The position numbers and the translations under genes are program-made. Below, piece after piece: positions 26,386 through 34,281 of a stretch of DNA of 61,871 nt. The stretch lies in the NCBI GenBank assembly GCA_964358065.1, contig CAYHNV010000001.1, positions 1 through 61,871 on the forward strand, read 5' to 3'. The DNA comes from an uncultured Elusimicrobia bacterium. Its GTDB lineage: Bacteria > Elusimicrobiota > Elusimicrobia > UBA1565 > UBA9628. A model generated the notes under the pieces. That model was not told the DNA's origin, did no database searches, and was given only the letters and a program-made list of their open reading frames with translations. Position 1 is the first letter of the stretch; every line of letters begins with the position of its first letter.

Positions 26386-27848
26386 ACGAAGCAGCCTCCG
26401 AGCGCCGTCTCGTCGGCGTGGTCTTTATTTCCTGCCTGCTGCTGTATCTTTCTTTCCGCTCGCTGTACTTCAACTTCGACGGGATCGCCTGCGCCACCGC
26501 GGTCGAACTTTCCGATTTCAAGCACCTGGTCCATGGCAACCATCTGGTTTACGGGGTGCTGGGGTGGCTTTTCGATCAAGGGTGGCGCCTCCTCGGTTAC
26601 GGCGGCCGCGCCATCCTCTCGCTCCAGGTCCTGGATGGAATTCTTGGCGCGGCCGCAGCCGCGGTCTTCGCCTCGATCCTGCACCGCGCCGGGCGCGGCG
26701 AGCGCGAGGCGGCGCTCGGCGCGGCCGCGCTGGCGGTCTCGCAGGCCTGGTGGTTCTGGAGCCTGGAGGCGCAGGTCTACATGCTGGGAGCGCTCTTTGC
26801 CGCACTCTCCGCGCGTGAGGCCCTGGCCGACAGTCCGAGTCCGGAACGTCTCGGACTCTGGCATGCGGGCGCGGTGTTGGGACACGTCGGGCACGTGATG
26901 GCGCTTCCGGCGCTGATCTTCATCCTGACGCGCAAGCGCGGGTGGGCGAGCGTTGTCCCCTATGGCGGCGTCCTGGCCGGGGCGGTGCTTGCTTCTTACG
27001 CGCTCGCGGGCGTCTTCGCCGTACGCCCCCAAGCCCTCGCGGAACTATGGTTGTGGCTGGTGGGCAGCGCCGCGCTCGGTCCCGACCGGGCCTTCTCCTG
27101 GCATGCACCGACCTTTGTCGCCGCCTTCCCGGATTGGGGCCGGATGACACTGCGAATCTTCTGCGATTTTGTCGGGAGCTCGGGTGCCGTCTGGTGCGCC
27201 GGCGTCATCCTGGCGGCGCTGCCGTTGGCCGCCGCCGTCGTCGGGGCCGTCCGGGGAGGGCTTGTGGGGCGCTTCTGGATCCTCTGGCTGGGCGGCTACG
27301 CGGCGCTTTACCTGACCTGGGAACCAGCCACGGTCGTCTATCGTGTCAGCGACCTGCTCGCACTATGGGCCTTGGGGCAAATTGCCATCGCGCGCCGGCC
27401 TTCTTGGATGCGCAGCGGCGCGCTTGCAGCCTGGGTCGCGGCGGCCTTCGCCTACAACCTCATCTTCCTCGTGCGCCCGTCCGCCGATCCGGCGTCCAAC
27501 GCGGACCTCGTCGAAGCGCGTTGGACCGGGGAGCACGTGCCCGAGGACGCATGGGTGTTGGCCAACAGCCGCGGCGCCATCTACCTGCCGTACTTCATGG
27601 GTCTTAAGCCCCTGAACCTGCGCTACTTCATGGCTGGGGATGCCCTCTTTGCCCGGCTCGACGCGCTGGCGAAGAACGGCGAAGCCGTTTATGCGACGGA
27701 TCGCACGATGGAGCATGTCGGGGTGCGTGAAGCGCTGGGGCGCTATGGGTTGGAGGATGCTGTTTCCGGCGAAGGGCTTAGGCTCTACCGCGTCAGGCGA
27801 AAGGCGGGCAAACGCGAGCACCATCGATATGGTAAAGTAAAAAAATGA
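26382..27848 (+). CDS. Polytopic membrane protein, probable GT-C-like (DUF2723/TMEM260-like appearance)
   Basis: The ATG at 26382 overlaps the upstream stop (ATGA). The N-terminus SLYFNFDGIACATAVELSDFKHLVHGNHLVYGVLGWLF is followed by many TM segments and a soluble C-terminal region. Confidence 0.5.
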   Translation: MNEAASERRLVGVVFISCLLLYLSFRSLYFNFDGIACATAVELSDFKHLVHGNHLVYGVLGWLFDQGWRLLGYGGRAILSLQVLDGILGAAAAAVFASILHRAGRGEREAALGAAALAVSQAWWFWSLEAQVYMLGALFAALSAREALADSPSPERLGLWHAGAVLGHVGHVMALPALIFILTRKRGWASVVPYGGVLAGAVLASYALAGVFAVRPQALAELWLWLVGSAALGPDRAFSWHAPTFVAAFPDWGRMTLRIFCDFVGSSGAVWCAGVILAALPLAAAVVGAVRGGLVGRFWILWLGGYAALYLTWEPATVVYRVSDLLALWALGQIAIARRPSWMRSGALAAWVAAAFAYNLIFLVRPSADPASNADLVEARWTGEHVPEDAWVLANSRGAIYLPYFMGLKPLNLRYFMAGDALFARLDALAKNGEAVYATDRTMEHVGVREALGRYGLEDAVSGEGLRLYRVRRKAGKREHHRYGKVKK

Positions 27849-28624
27849 CCATAAAGGTGGCCATTTTAGCCGGCGGTCTTGGCTCCAGACTCTCCGAGAT
27901 GACGGATCGCCTCCCCAAGCCCATGGTCGAGATCGGCGGCCGGCCGATCCTCTGGCACATCATGAAGCATTACGCCCACTTCGGCATGCGCGACTTTGTG
28001 ATCGCGTTGGGATATAAGGGAGAGGTCATCAAGGACTATTTCGTCAACTATCACCTCCACAGCAATCATCTCACCGTTCGCCTCAAGACGGGCGCCGTCG
28101 AGGTTTCGGAAGGCGGCCATGAGGATTGGAAGGTCCATCTTCTCGATACCGGGGAAAAAACACAGACCGGCGGGCGCGTGCGGCGGGTCATGCAGTCCGT
28201 GGGCCGGGAGCCCTTGATGCTGGCCTATGGCGACGGGGTTTCCAATGTGGATATCGGGAAACTCCTCAAGTTCCATCGCGCTCACGGCAAGCTTGCGACG
28301 GTGACCGCGATGCGGCCCCCCGCGCGCTTCGGCGCGCTGCAGCTCAAGGCCGACAGGGTCACGCGCTTCATCGAAAAGCCCCAGGCCGGCGACGGCTGGA
28401 TCAACGGCGGTTTTTTTGTGCTCGAGCCGGGCGTCATCGATTATATCGAGGGAGACCTCACCCTTTTCGAGAAGGAGCCGCTGGAGCGTTTGGCGCGCGC
28501 GGGGCAGCTCGTCGCCTACCGCCATGATGATTTCTGGCAGTGCATGGACACCGTCCGGGATGTGCGGCTGCTCGAGGACCTCTGGGGCGGGGGCAAGGCC
28601 CCATGGAAACTGTGGAAGCGATGA
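27845..28624 (+). CDS. rfbF: Glucose-1-phosphate cytidylyltransferase
   Basis: Motifs: ILAGGLGSRLSEMTDRLPKPMVEIGGRPILWHIMKHY, GGRV and INGGFFVLEP. Length is about 259 aa. ATGA overlaps at both ends. Confidence 0.92.
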   Translation: MTIKVAILAGGLGSRLSEMTDRLPKPMVEIGGRPILWHIMKHYAHFGMRDFVIALGYKGEVIKDYFVNYHLHSNHLTVRLKTGAVEVSEGGHEDWKVHLLDTGEKTQTGGRVRRVMQSVGREPLMLAYGDGVSNVDIGKLLKFHRAHGKLATVTAMRPPARFGALQLKADRVTRFIEKPQAGDGWINGGFFVLEPGVIDYIEGDLTLFEKEPLERLARAGQLVAYRHDDFWQCMDTVRDVRLLEDLWGGGKAPWKLWKR

Positions 28625-29604
28625 AGGATCCCTGGTCCAAGAGCCGCGTGCTTGTCACGGGCGCCACCGGCATGGTCGGCGCATGGCTCGTCAAGGAGCT
28701 CCTCCGGCGGGGCGCTTACGTCGCGGCCCTGGTCATGGACGGCGACCCGCAATCCGAACTCTATCGCAGCGGCGATGTCCAACGAACGTCGGTCGTCAAC
28801 GGCCGTCTGGAGGATTTTAGGACGCTTGAGAGAGCCGTCAGCCTCCATGAGATCGACACCGTGTTCCACCTGGGCGCACAGGCGATCGTGGGGGCCGCCC
28901 AGCGCATCCCCCTGGCCACCTTCGAGGCGAACATCCGAGGCACCTACAACCTGCTCGAGGCCTGCCGCCTGCACCGAGACCTGGTCCGGCGCGTCGTGAT
29001 CGCCTCCAGCGACAAGGCATACGGCGATCAGGGCAAGAAGCCCTACGAAGAAACGATGGAGCTCAGGGGCCGCCGTCCCTACGAGGTATCCAAGAGCTGC
29101 GCGGACCTGCTCGCGCAGAGCTACCACCACAGCTACGGGTCGCCCGTCGCCATCGCGCGCTGCGGCAACATCTATGGGGGAGGCGATCTCAATTGGAGCC
29201 GCATCGTCCCCGGCACAATCCGCAGTCTTCTGCGCGGTGAGCGTCCCCTCATCCGCAGCAACGGCGCCTATGTGCGGGACTATTTCTTCGTGAAGGACGC
29301 CGTCGCCGCTTATCTGGGATTGGCGGAGAACTTGGCGGACAGCCGCGTGCGCGGGGAGTGCTTCAACTTCGGGCCGAAGAAGCCGTCGACCGTCACGGAG
29401 ATCGTCGCCGAGATCCAGAGACTGATGGGAACCCGCCTCAAACCCGACATCCGTGACCAGGTGCGCGGCGAGCTTGTGAGCCAGCATGTCTGTTCAGCCA
29501 AGGCGGAAGCCTTGCTCGGCTGGAAGACAGGGTATGGGCTCGAGCAGGGTCTGGCGGAGACCATCGCGTGGTACAAAGATTTCCTGCAGGGTCCCCTCAG
29601 ATGA
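28621..29604 (+). CDS. rfbG: CDP-glucose 4,6-dehydratase
   Basis: ATG 28621 (MKDPWSKSRVLVTGATGMVGAWL). YEVSKSCAD is the YxxxK motif, and WSRIVPG is also present. It sits directly downstream of rfbF. Confidence 0.85.
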   Translation: MKDPWSKSRVLVTGATGMVGAWLVKELLRRGAYVAALVMDGDPQSELYRSGDVQRTSVVNGRLEDFRTLERAVSLHEIDTVFHLGAQAIVGAAQRIPLATFEANIRGTYNLLEACRLHRDLVRRVVIASSDKAYGDQGKKPYEETMELRGRRPYEVSKSCADLLAQSYHHSYGSPVAIARCGNIYGGGDLNWSRIVPGTIRSLLRGERPLIRSNGAYVRDYFFVKDAVAAYLGLAENLADSRVRGECFNFGPKKPSTVTEIVAEIQRLMGTRLKPDIRDQVRGELVSQHVCSAKAEALLGWKTGYGLEQGLAETIAWYKDFLQGPLR

Positions 29605-30050
29605 TCGACGGCGTCACCATCCGCCCCTTACGCCAGATCCCGGACGAGCGCGGCAAGGTCATGCACATGCTGAGGCGCGACGATCCATGGTATGAAGAGT
29701 TCGGAGAGATCTATTTCTCCTGCGTCTATCCGGGCGCGATCAAGGCGTGGCATCTGCACAGGAGCATGATCCTCTCTTACGCGGTCGTCAGCGGTGCGAT
29801 CAAGCTGGTCTTATACGATGCCCGCTCCCGCTCCAAGACCAAGGGGATGCTTCAGGAGGTATTCACCGGAGAGTCCCAGTACTCGCTGATCCGGGTCCCT
29901 CCCGGCGTCTGGAACGGCTTCAAAGGGCTCGGCGAGACGATGTCGATCGTGGCCAACTGCGCCTCCGAGCCTCACGATCCCCAAGAGATCGTCCGTCTCG
30001 ACCCCTCGTCCAAGAAGATCCCCTACGACTGGGCGCTCAAGAATGGGTAA
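29601..30050 (+). CDS. RmlC-like cupin sugar-nucleotide epimerase (dTDP-4-dehydrorhamnose 3,5-epimerase family, short form)
   Basis: ATG 29601 (MIDGVTIRPLRQIPDERGKVMHMLR). Motif: IKAWHLHRSMILSYAVVSGAIKLVLYDARSRSKTKG. About 149 aa. Confidence 0.75.
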   Translation: MIDGVTIRPLRQIPDERGKVMHMLRRDDPWYEEFGEIYFSCVYPGAIKAWHLHRSMILSYAVVSGAIKLVLYDARSRSKTKGMLQEVFTGESQYSLIRVPPGVWNGFKGLGETMSIVANCASEPHDPQEIVRLDPSSKKIPYDWALKNG

Positions 30051-32274
30051 GGCGCTGGTCATCGGCGTCTCCGGTCAGGTGGGCTCCGCGATCAAGGCCG
30101 TTCTAGAGCGAGAGGGCATCGAGACGGTCGGGACCCATGGCCGCCGCCCCGAGTCGGGCTCTCGGAGCCTCGACGTGCGCGACGGCCGAGCGGTGGAGCT
30201 CTGTTTCAACGACGTCAAGCCGAGCGTCGCCTTCATCGCGGTCAATCCTCCAGGAGGCGTCGACCACTGCGAGAGAAATCCCGAGGAATGTTTCGCGACG
30301 ATCGTCGCGGGAACGCGGAACATCGTCGCGTCGGCGGCGAAACACAAGACCAAACTCGTCTACTACTCCAGCGATTATGTCTTCGACGGCGCGTCGGGGC
30401 CCAATTCCGAAGAAGACCCGCCTCGACCGCTCAACGTCTACGGACAGGCCAAAGTGCGGGCGGAAGAGGCGGTGCGCGAGGATTCCCCCGAGCATCTGAT
30501 CCTGAGGACCACGGCGGTGTTCAGCTGGAAGCGTCCCTCCGCCAACTTCGCCATGCAGGTATGGGAGACCCTCCAGGCGGGTAAGCCGCTGAGAGTCCCG
30601 AGCGACCAATGGGGCAACCCCACTCTCGCTGAATACCTCGCCGAAGCCACCCTTCGCCTGGTGTCCGCCGGAGAGAAAGGGACGTTCAACGTGGTCGGCA
30701 AGGACCGCATACCCCGCTCGGAACTGGCGGCGTTGCTCGCCAAGGCGATGGGTCTCGATCCACGACTGATCGTCCTGGTCGCCACGACCACGCTGGGTCA
30801 GGCCGCCGCGCGCCCGCTCCAAGGGGGGCTCAAGACCGAGAAAATGCGGCGCGTGCTGGGGACCGAACCTCTCGCCCTCGACGAGGCTCTCAAGCGCCTG
30901 ACCCGCCAATGGCGCCGCGACACCCACGTCAAGCCCGCCGGAGGGGCGTCGACCGCGCAGCGGACGCTCAAGGATGAGATCCTCCAGGCGGTCAAACGCT
31001 ACCATGCGGCCGCCCACCGGCCGGACGGATTCATCCCATTCAAAAGCCGCGTCCAATACGCCGGTCGGGTGTTCGGCGAGACCGAACTCGTGAACCTCGT
31101 CGACAGCTCGCTCGATTTCTGGCTGACGCTGGGTCCTTATGGCGACCTTTTCGAGCAAAAGATGCGGGGGTTCTTCGGCTCGCGGGATTTCATCATGGTG
31201 AACTCCGGCTCGACGGCCAATCTGACCGCGGTGATGGCGCTGATGTCCGCGCAACGCGAGCGCGCCCTCAAGCCCGGCGACGAAGTGATCACGCCGGCCG
31301 TCACCTTTCCGACGACGGTCGCCCCCCTGGTGCACAGCGGGTTGATCCCCGTGTTCGTCGACTGCGAGGTCGGGACGTACAACATCGATCCGCGGCGTAT
31401 CGAAGGAGCGATCTCCTCCAAGACGCGTGCGCTGTTCATCCCGCACACCCTCGGCAACCCATGCGACATGGATGCCATCATGGACATTGCCCGCCGCCGC
31501 CGCCTGTTCCTCATCGAGGATGCCTGCGACGCGCTCGGCTCGCGATTCCGGGGCAAACTCGTGGGGACCTTCGGGGAGCTGGCGACGCTGAGCTTTTTCC
31601 CCGCCCATCACATCACGACCGGGGAGGGCGGCGGCGTCATCGTCAACGATCCCGCGCTGTCGCGCATCGTCCGTTCGGTGCGCGATTGGGGACGCGATTG
31701 TTGGTGCGCTCCGGGCGAGACGAACACCTGCGGCAAGCGGTTCGGGTGGGAGCTGGGCGGTCTTCCCTGCGGGTACGACCACAAATACATCTACTCCAAC
31801 CTCGGCTACAACTTCAAACCCACGGACATGCAGGCCGCCATCGGGGCCGCCCAAGCCGACCGCATCCCCGATTTCACGCAAGCCCGCCGCCGCAACTTCA
31901 ACCGTCTTTATCAGGGGCTCGAGAGATTCTCGGACCACCTGGTGCTCCCGACGCTCGATCCAAGATCAGAGCCGTCGTGGTTCGGCTTGCCGATCACGGT
32001 CAGGGGCGTCGCGCGCGGAGAGCTCGTCGGGTGGCTGGAGAACGCCAATATCGAGACACGACAGGTCTTCGGCGGCAATATCCTCAAGCAGCCGGGATAT
32101 CGGAACATCCAGATGCGTCAATCCGGGACCCTCGAGCAGACGGATCGGATCATGAGGGACACATTCTTCATCGGCGTCTACCCGGGTCTGACCGAGGAGA
32201 TGATCGATTTCGTCTTGGAACGCTTCACGGGATTCTTCGCCGCGAGGGCGCATCACTCGAATGCCGGGATCTAA
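30043..32274 (+). CDS. Fusion protein: RmlD-like NAD(P)H sugar 4-ketoreductase (N-terminal) plus CDP-6-deoxy-4-keto-hexose 3-dehydrase E1 (RfbH/DdhC/AscC-like, C-terminal)
   Basis: N-terminal motifs: KALVIGVSGQVGSAI, VYYSSDYVFDG and YGQAKVRAEE (YxxxK). C-terminal motifs: NSGSTANL, EDACDALGS, and SFFPAHHITTGEGGG, where His replaces the PLP Lys as in E1. DCWCAPGETNTC (31699-31731) has C-x1-C-x7-C spacing like the E1 2Fe-2S site. GYDHKYIYSNLGYNFKPTDMQAA is also present. Confidence 0.85.
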   Translation: MGKALVIGVSGQVGSAIKAVLEREGIETVGTHGRRPESGSRSLDVRDGRAVELCFNDVKPSVAFIAVNPPGGVDHCERNPEECFATIVAGTRNIVASAAKHKTKLVYYSSDYVFDGASGPNSEEDPPRPLNVYGQAKVRAEEAVREDSPEHLILRTTAVFSWKRPSANFAMQVWETLQAGKPLRVPSDQWGNPTLAEYLAEATLRLVSAGEKGTFNVVGKDRIPRSELAALLAKAMGLDPRLIVLVATTTLGQAAARPLQGGLKTEKMRRVLGTEPLALDEALKRLTRQWRRDTHVKPAGGASTAQRTLKDEILQAVKRYHAAAHRPDGFIPFKSRVQYAGRVFGETELVNLVDSSLDFWLTLGPYGDLFEQKMRGFFGSRDFIMVNSGSTANLTAVMALMSAQRERALKPGDEVITPAVTFPTTVAPLVHSGLIPVFVDCEVGTYNIDPRRIEGAISSKTRALFIPHTLGNPCDMDAIMDIARRRRLFLIEDACDALGSRFRGKLVGTFGELATLSFFPAHHITTGEGGGVIVNDPALSRIVRSVRDWGRDCWCAPGETNTCGKRFGWELGGLPCGYDHKYIYSNLGYNFKPTDMQAAIGAAQADRIPDFTQARRRNFNRLYQGLERFSDHLVLPTLDPRSEPSWFGLPITVRGVARGELVGWLENANIETRQVFGGNILKQPGYRNIQMRQSGTLEQTDRIMRDTFFIGVYPGLTEEMIDFVLERFTGFFAARAHHSNAGI

Positions 32275-33046
32275 GATCGCGATCTTCATTCCCGCCTACA
32301 ACGCGGCCTATACATTGCCGGTGGTCCTCGACCGCATCCCACCCGAGATCAAGGAGAAGGTCCAGAAAATCTTCGTCATCGACAACGCCAGTCCCGACAA
32401 CACCTATCTGATCGGCATCGGATATCGGCAGGCCAAGGGCCTCGATAAGCTGGAGGTGTTCCGCAACGACAAGAATCGCGGCTATGGGGGCAGCCAGAAG
32501 ATCGCTTACCGCTACGCCATCGACAACGGCTTCGACATCGTCGTGATGCTTCACGGGGACGCCCAATACGCCCCGGAAAAGATCCCCGCCCTGCTCGAAC
32601 CACTGGAACTCGGCCAGGCGGACATGGTCTTCGGGTCCCGCATCGCGGGCCTCCCGCTCAAGGGCGGCATGCCGCTCTACAAGTTCCTCGGCAACAAGTT
32701 CCTGACCTGGGTCCAGAACAGGGTGCTCGGCATGGATTTAAGCGAGTTCCATTCCGGCTTCCGCCTTTTTAGCTGTGCGGCGCTGGCGCAACTTCCGTTC
32801 GATCTTTGCGCCGATGACTATCATTTTGACACCGACATCCTCCTGCAGTTCAAGATCAAGAGACTGCGTATCGTGGAATTGCCGATACCGACCTACTATG
32901 GAAAGGAAAAATGCGGCGTCAACGTGATCAGCTATGGCCTGAACGTCTTAAAATCGACGCTGGAGTACTGGCTCTGGTCGAAGGGCCTGCTCCGGGCCAA
33001 AAAATTCACGGCATGCCTTCGTCCGGCCGAGGTCCTGGCGCGATGA
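32261..33046 (+). CDS. DPM1-like GT2 polyprenyl-phosphate sugar synthase (soluble type)
   Basis: Motifs: IAIFIPAYNAAYTL, VIDNASPDNT, GYGGSQK and MLHGDAQYAPE. It is a paralog of 54524-55291 and is followed by a GT-C gene with an ATGA overlap. Confidence 0.82.
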   Translation: MPGSKIAIFIPAYNAAYTLPVVLDRIPPEIKEKVQKIFVIDNASPDNTYLIGIGYRQAKGLDKLEVFRNDKNRGYGGSQKIAYRYAIDNGFDIVVMLHGDAQYAPEKIPALLEPLELGQADMVFGSRIAGLPLKGGMPLYKFLGNKFLTWVQNRVLGMDLSEFHSGFRLFSCAALAQLPFDLCADDYHFDTDILLQFKIKRLRIVELPIPTYYGKEKCGVNVISYGLNVLKSTLEYWLWSKGLLRAKKFTACLRPAEVLAR

Positions 33047-34260
33047 GCCGCGGCCGGCTGTTGCTGGCACTCGGGGCTCTCGGCTTGATGCTTCGCGTCG
33101 GCTATGCGAGTCATGTTTATTTCAGCGGCGTCAGCCACCCGGCGATGGATGAGTATGAGACGATCGCGCGCCAGCTTGTCGCGCACGGGCGCTACGATTG
33201 CGAGCCGGGCGTGCCGACCGCGGCCCGAGAGCCGGCCTATCCGTTCTTCATCGCTTTGGTCTACGTTGTCGCAGGACTCAATCCCTATGCGATCTTCCTT
33301 GCGCACGCCCTTCTCGGCCTGCTGACTTGCGTCTTCATCCGGTTGACCGCCCGGAGAGTCTTCGGGGAGACGGCCGGCGACGTTGCGTTCGCGATATCTC
33401 TATTCTACCCGTACTTCATCTTCTACACGGGCTACACCTACCGGGAGACCTTCCTGTGCTTTGCCGTCTCGGCGGCGCTCTTTCTTCTGGGGCGCCTCGT
33501 CGAGAGTCCGGGGCTGGGCAGGGCGGCGCTCGCCGGCGGCGCGGTCGGGCTTTGCTCCGTGACACTCTCGACCTGGGTGCCGGTCTGCGCCGTGATGGGT
33601 GCCTGGACGGCCTGGAACCTCCGGAACGCGCGCCGGGCACTCATGGCTTTCCTGCTCATCGCCGCGCTTCTGCCCTCGGCGTGGCTGCTTCGCAATATCG
33701 TCACCTTTAGACGCTTTATACCGGGCAGCACGCTGGGGGGCTTTAATCTCTACACGGCGCTCATCGTTCCTGAGGATTTTCGCGGCACCGAGCGCGAGCA
33801 CGAGTTCGAGGCCTCCGACCCGCATTGGAGCCGTATCCTTGCCATGAGCACGCTCTACGCCGATGATGGGCACCAGCAGGAGGCCTTCGTGGCCGCGGCC
33901 GGCGCGCGCATCCGCGAGCGCCCGGGCGAGTACCTTGCGCATGTGCGGCGCCAGGCGGTCAAGCTCTGGCGCCCATATCCGTACCCGCGTCAATACCAAC
34001 ATTCATACGTCTGGATCAAGCTCCTGAGTCTCATCTCCGATGGGTGGTTGATCCCGCTCGGGTTCTGGGGCCTGTGGATCCAGCGCAAGAAATCCCCCGA
34101 ACTCGCGCTGCTCATTGCCGTGCCGCTCAGCGCGACGGCTGTCTGCGCCCTTATTTCAGCGATTCTGCGCTACCGCCTGCCGCTGATGATCCCGTTGATC
34201 ATCGCGTCCTCGGCCGTCATCGGATCTTTCCTCGACAGGAGATCAGCCGTGAAGTCTTAA
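33043..34260 (+). CDS. GT-C-fold membrane glycosyltransferase (ArnT/PMT_2-like)
   Basis: ATG 33043 (MSRGRLLLALGALGLMLRVGYA...). It has the first-loop motif HPAMDEYETIA and about 10 or more TM segments. Confidence 0.75.
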   Translation: MSRGRLLLALGALGLMLRVGYASHVYFSGVSHPAMDEYETIARQLVAHGRYDCEPGVPTAAREPAYPFFIALVYVVAGLNPYAIFLAHALLGLLTCVFIRLTARRVFGETAGDVAFAISLFYPYFIFYTGYTYRETFLCFAVSAALFLLGRLVESPGLGRAALAGGAVGLCSVTLSTWVPVCAVMGAWTAWNLRNARRALMAFLLIAALLPSAWLLRNIVTFRRFIPGSTLGGFNLYTALIVPEDFRGTEREHEFEASDPHWSRILAMSTLYADDGHQQEAFVAAAGARIRERPGEYLAHVRRQAVKLWRPYPYPRQYQHSYVWIKLLSLISDGWLIPLGFWGLWIQRKKSPELALLIAVPLSATAVCALISAILRYRLPLMIPLIIASSAVIGSFLDRRSAVKS

Positions 34261-34281
34261 GGATTAGTACAATGACCGCCC

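Noticed and set aside
25547-26539. 330-aa antisense ORF opposite GT-C 24697-26385
   Set aside because: Its composition is R/P/S/G-rich, it has no motifs, and it overlaps two sense genes.
30103-31938. 611-aa antisense ORF opposite the RmlD::RfbH fusion
   Set aside because: The sense frame carries unmistakable RfbH/E1 and RmlD motifs. The antisense translation is low-complexity with no family resemblance.
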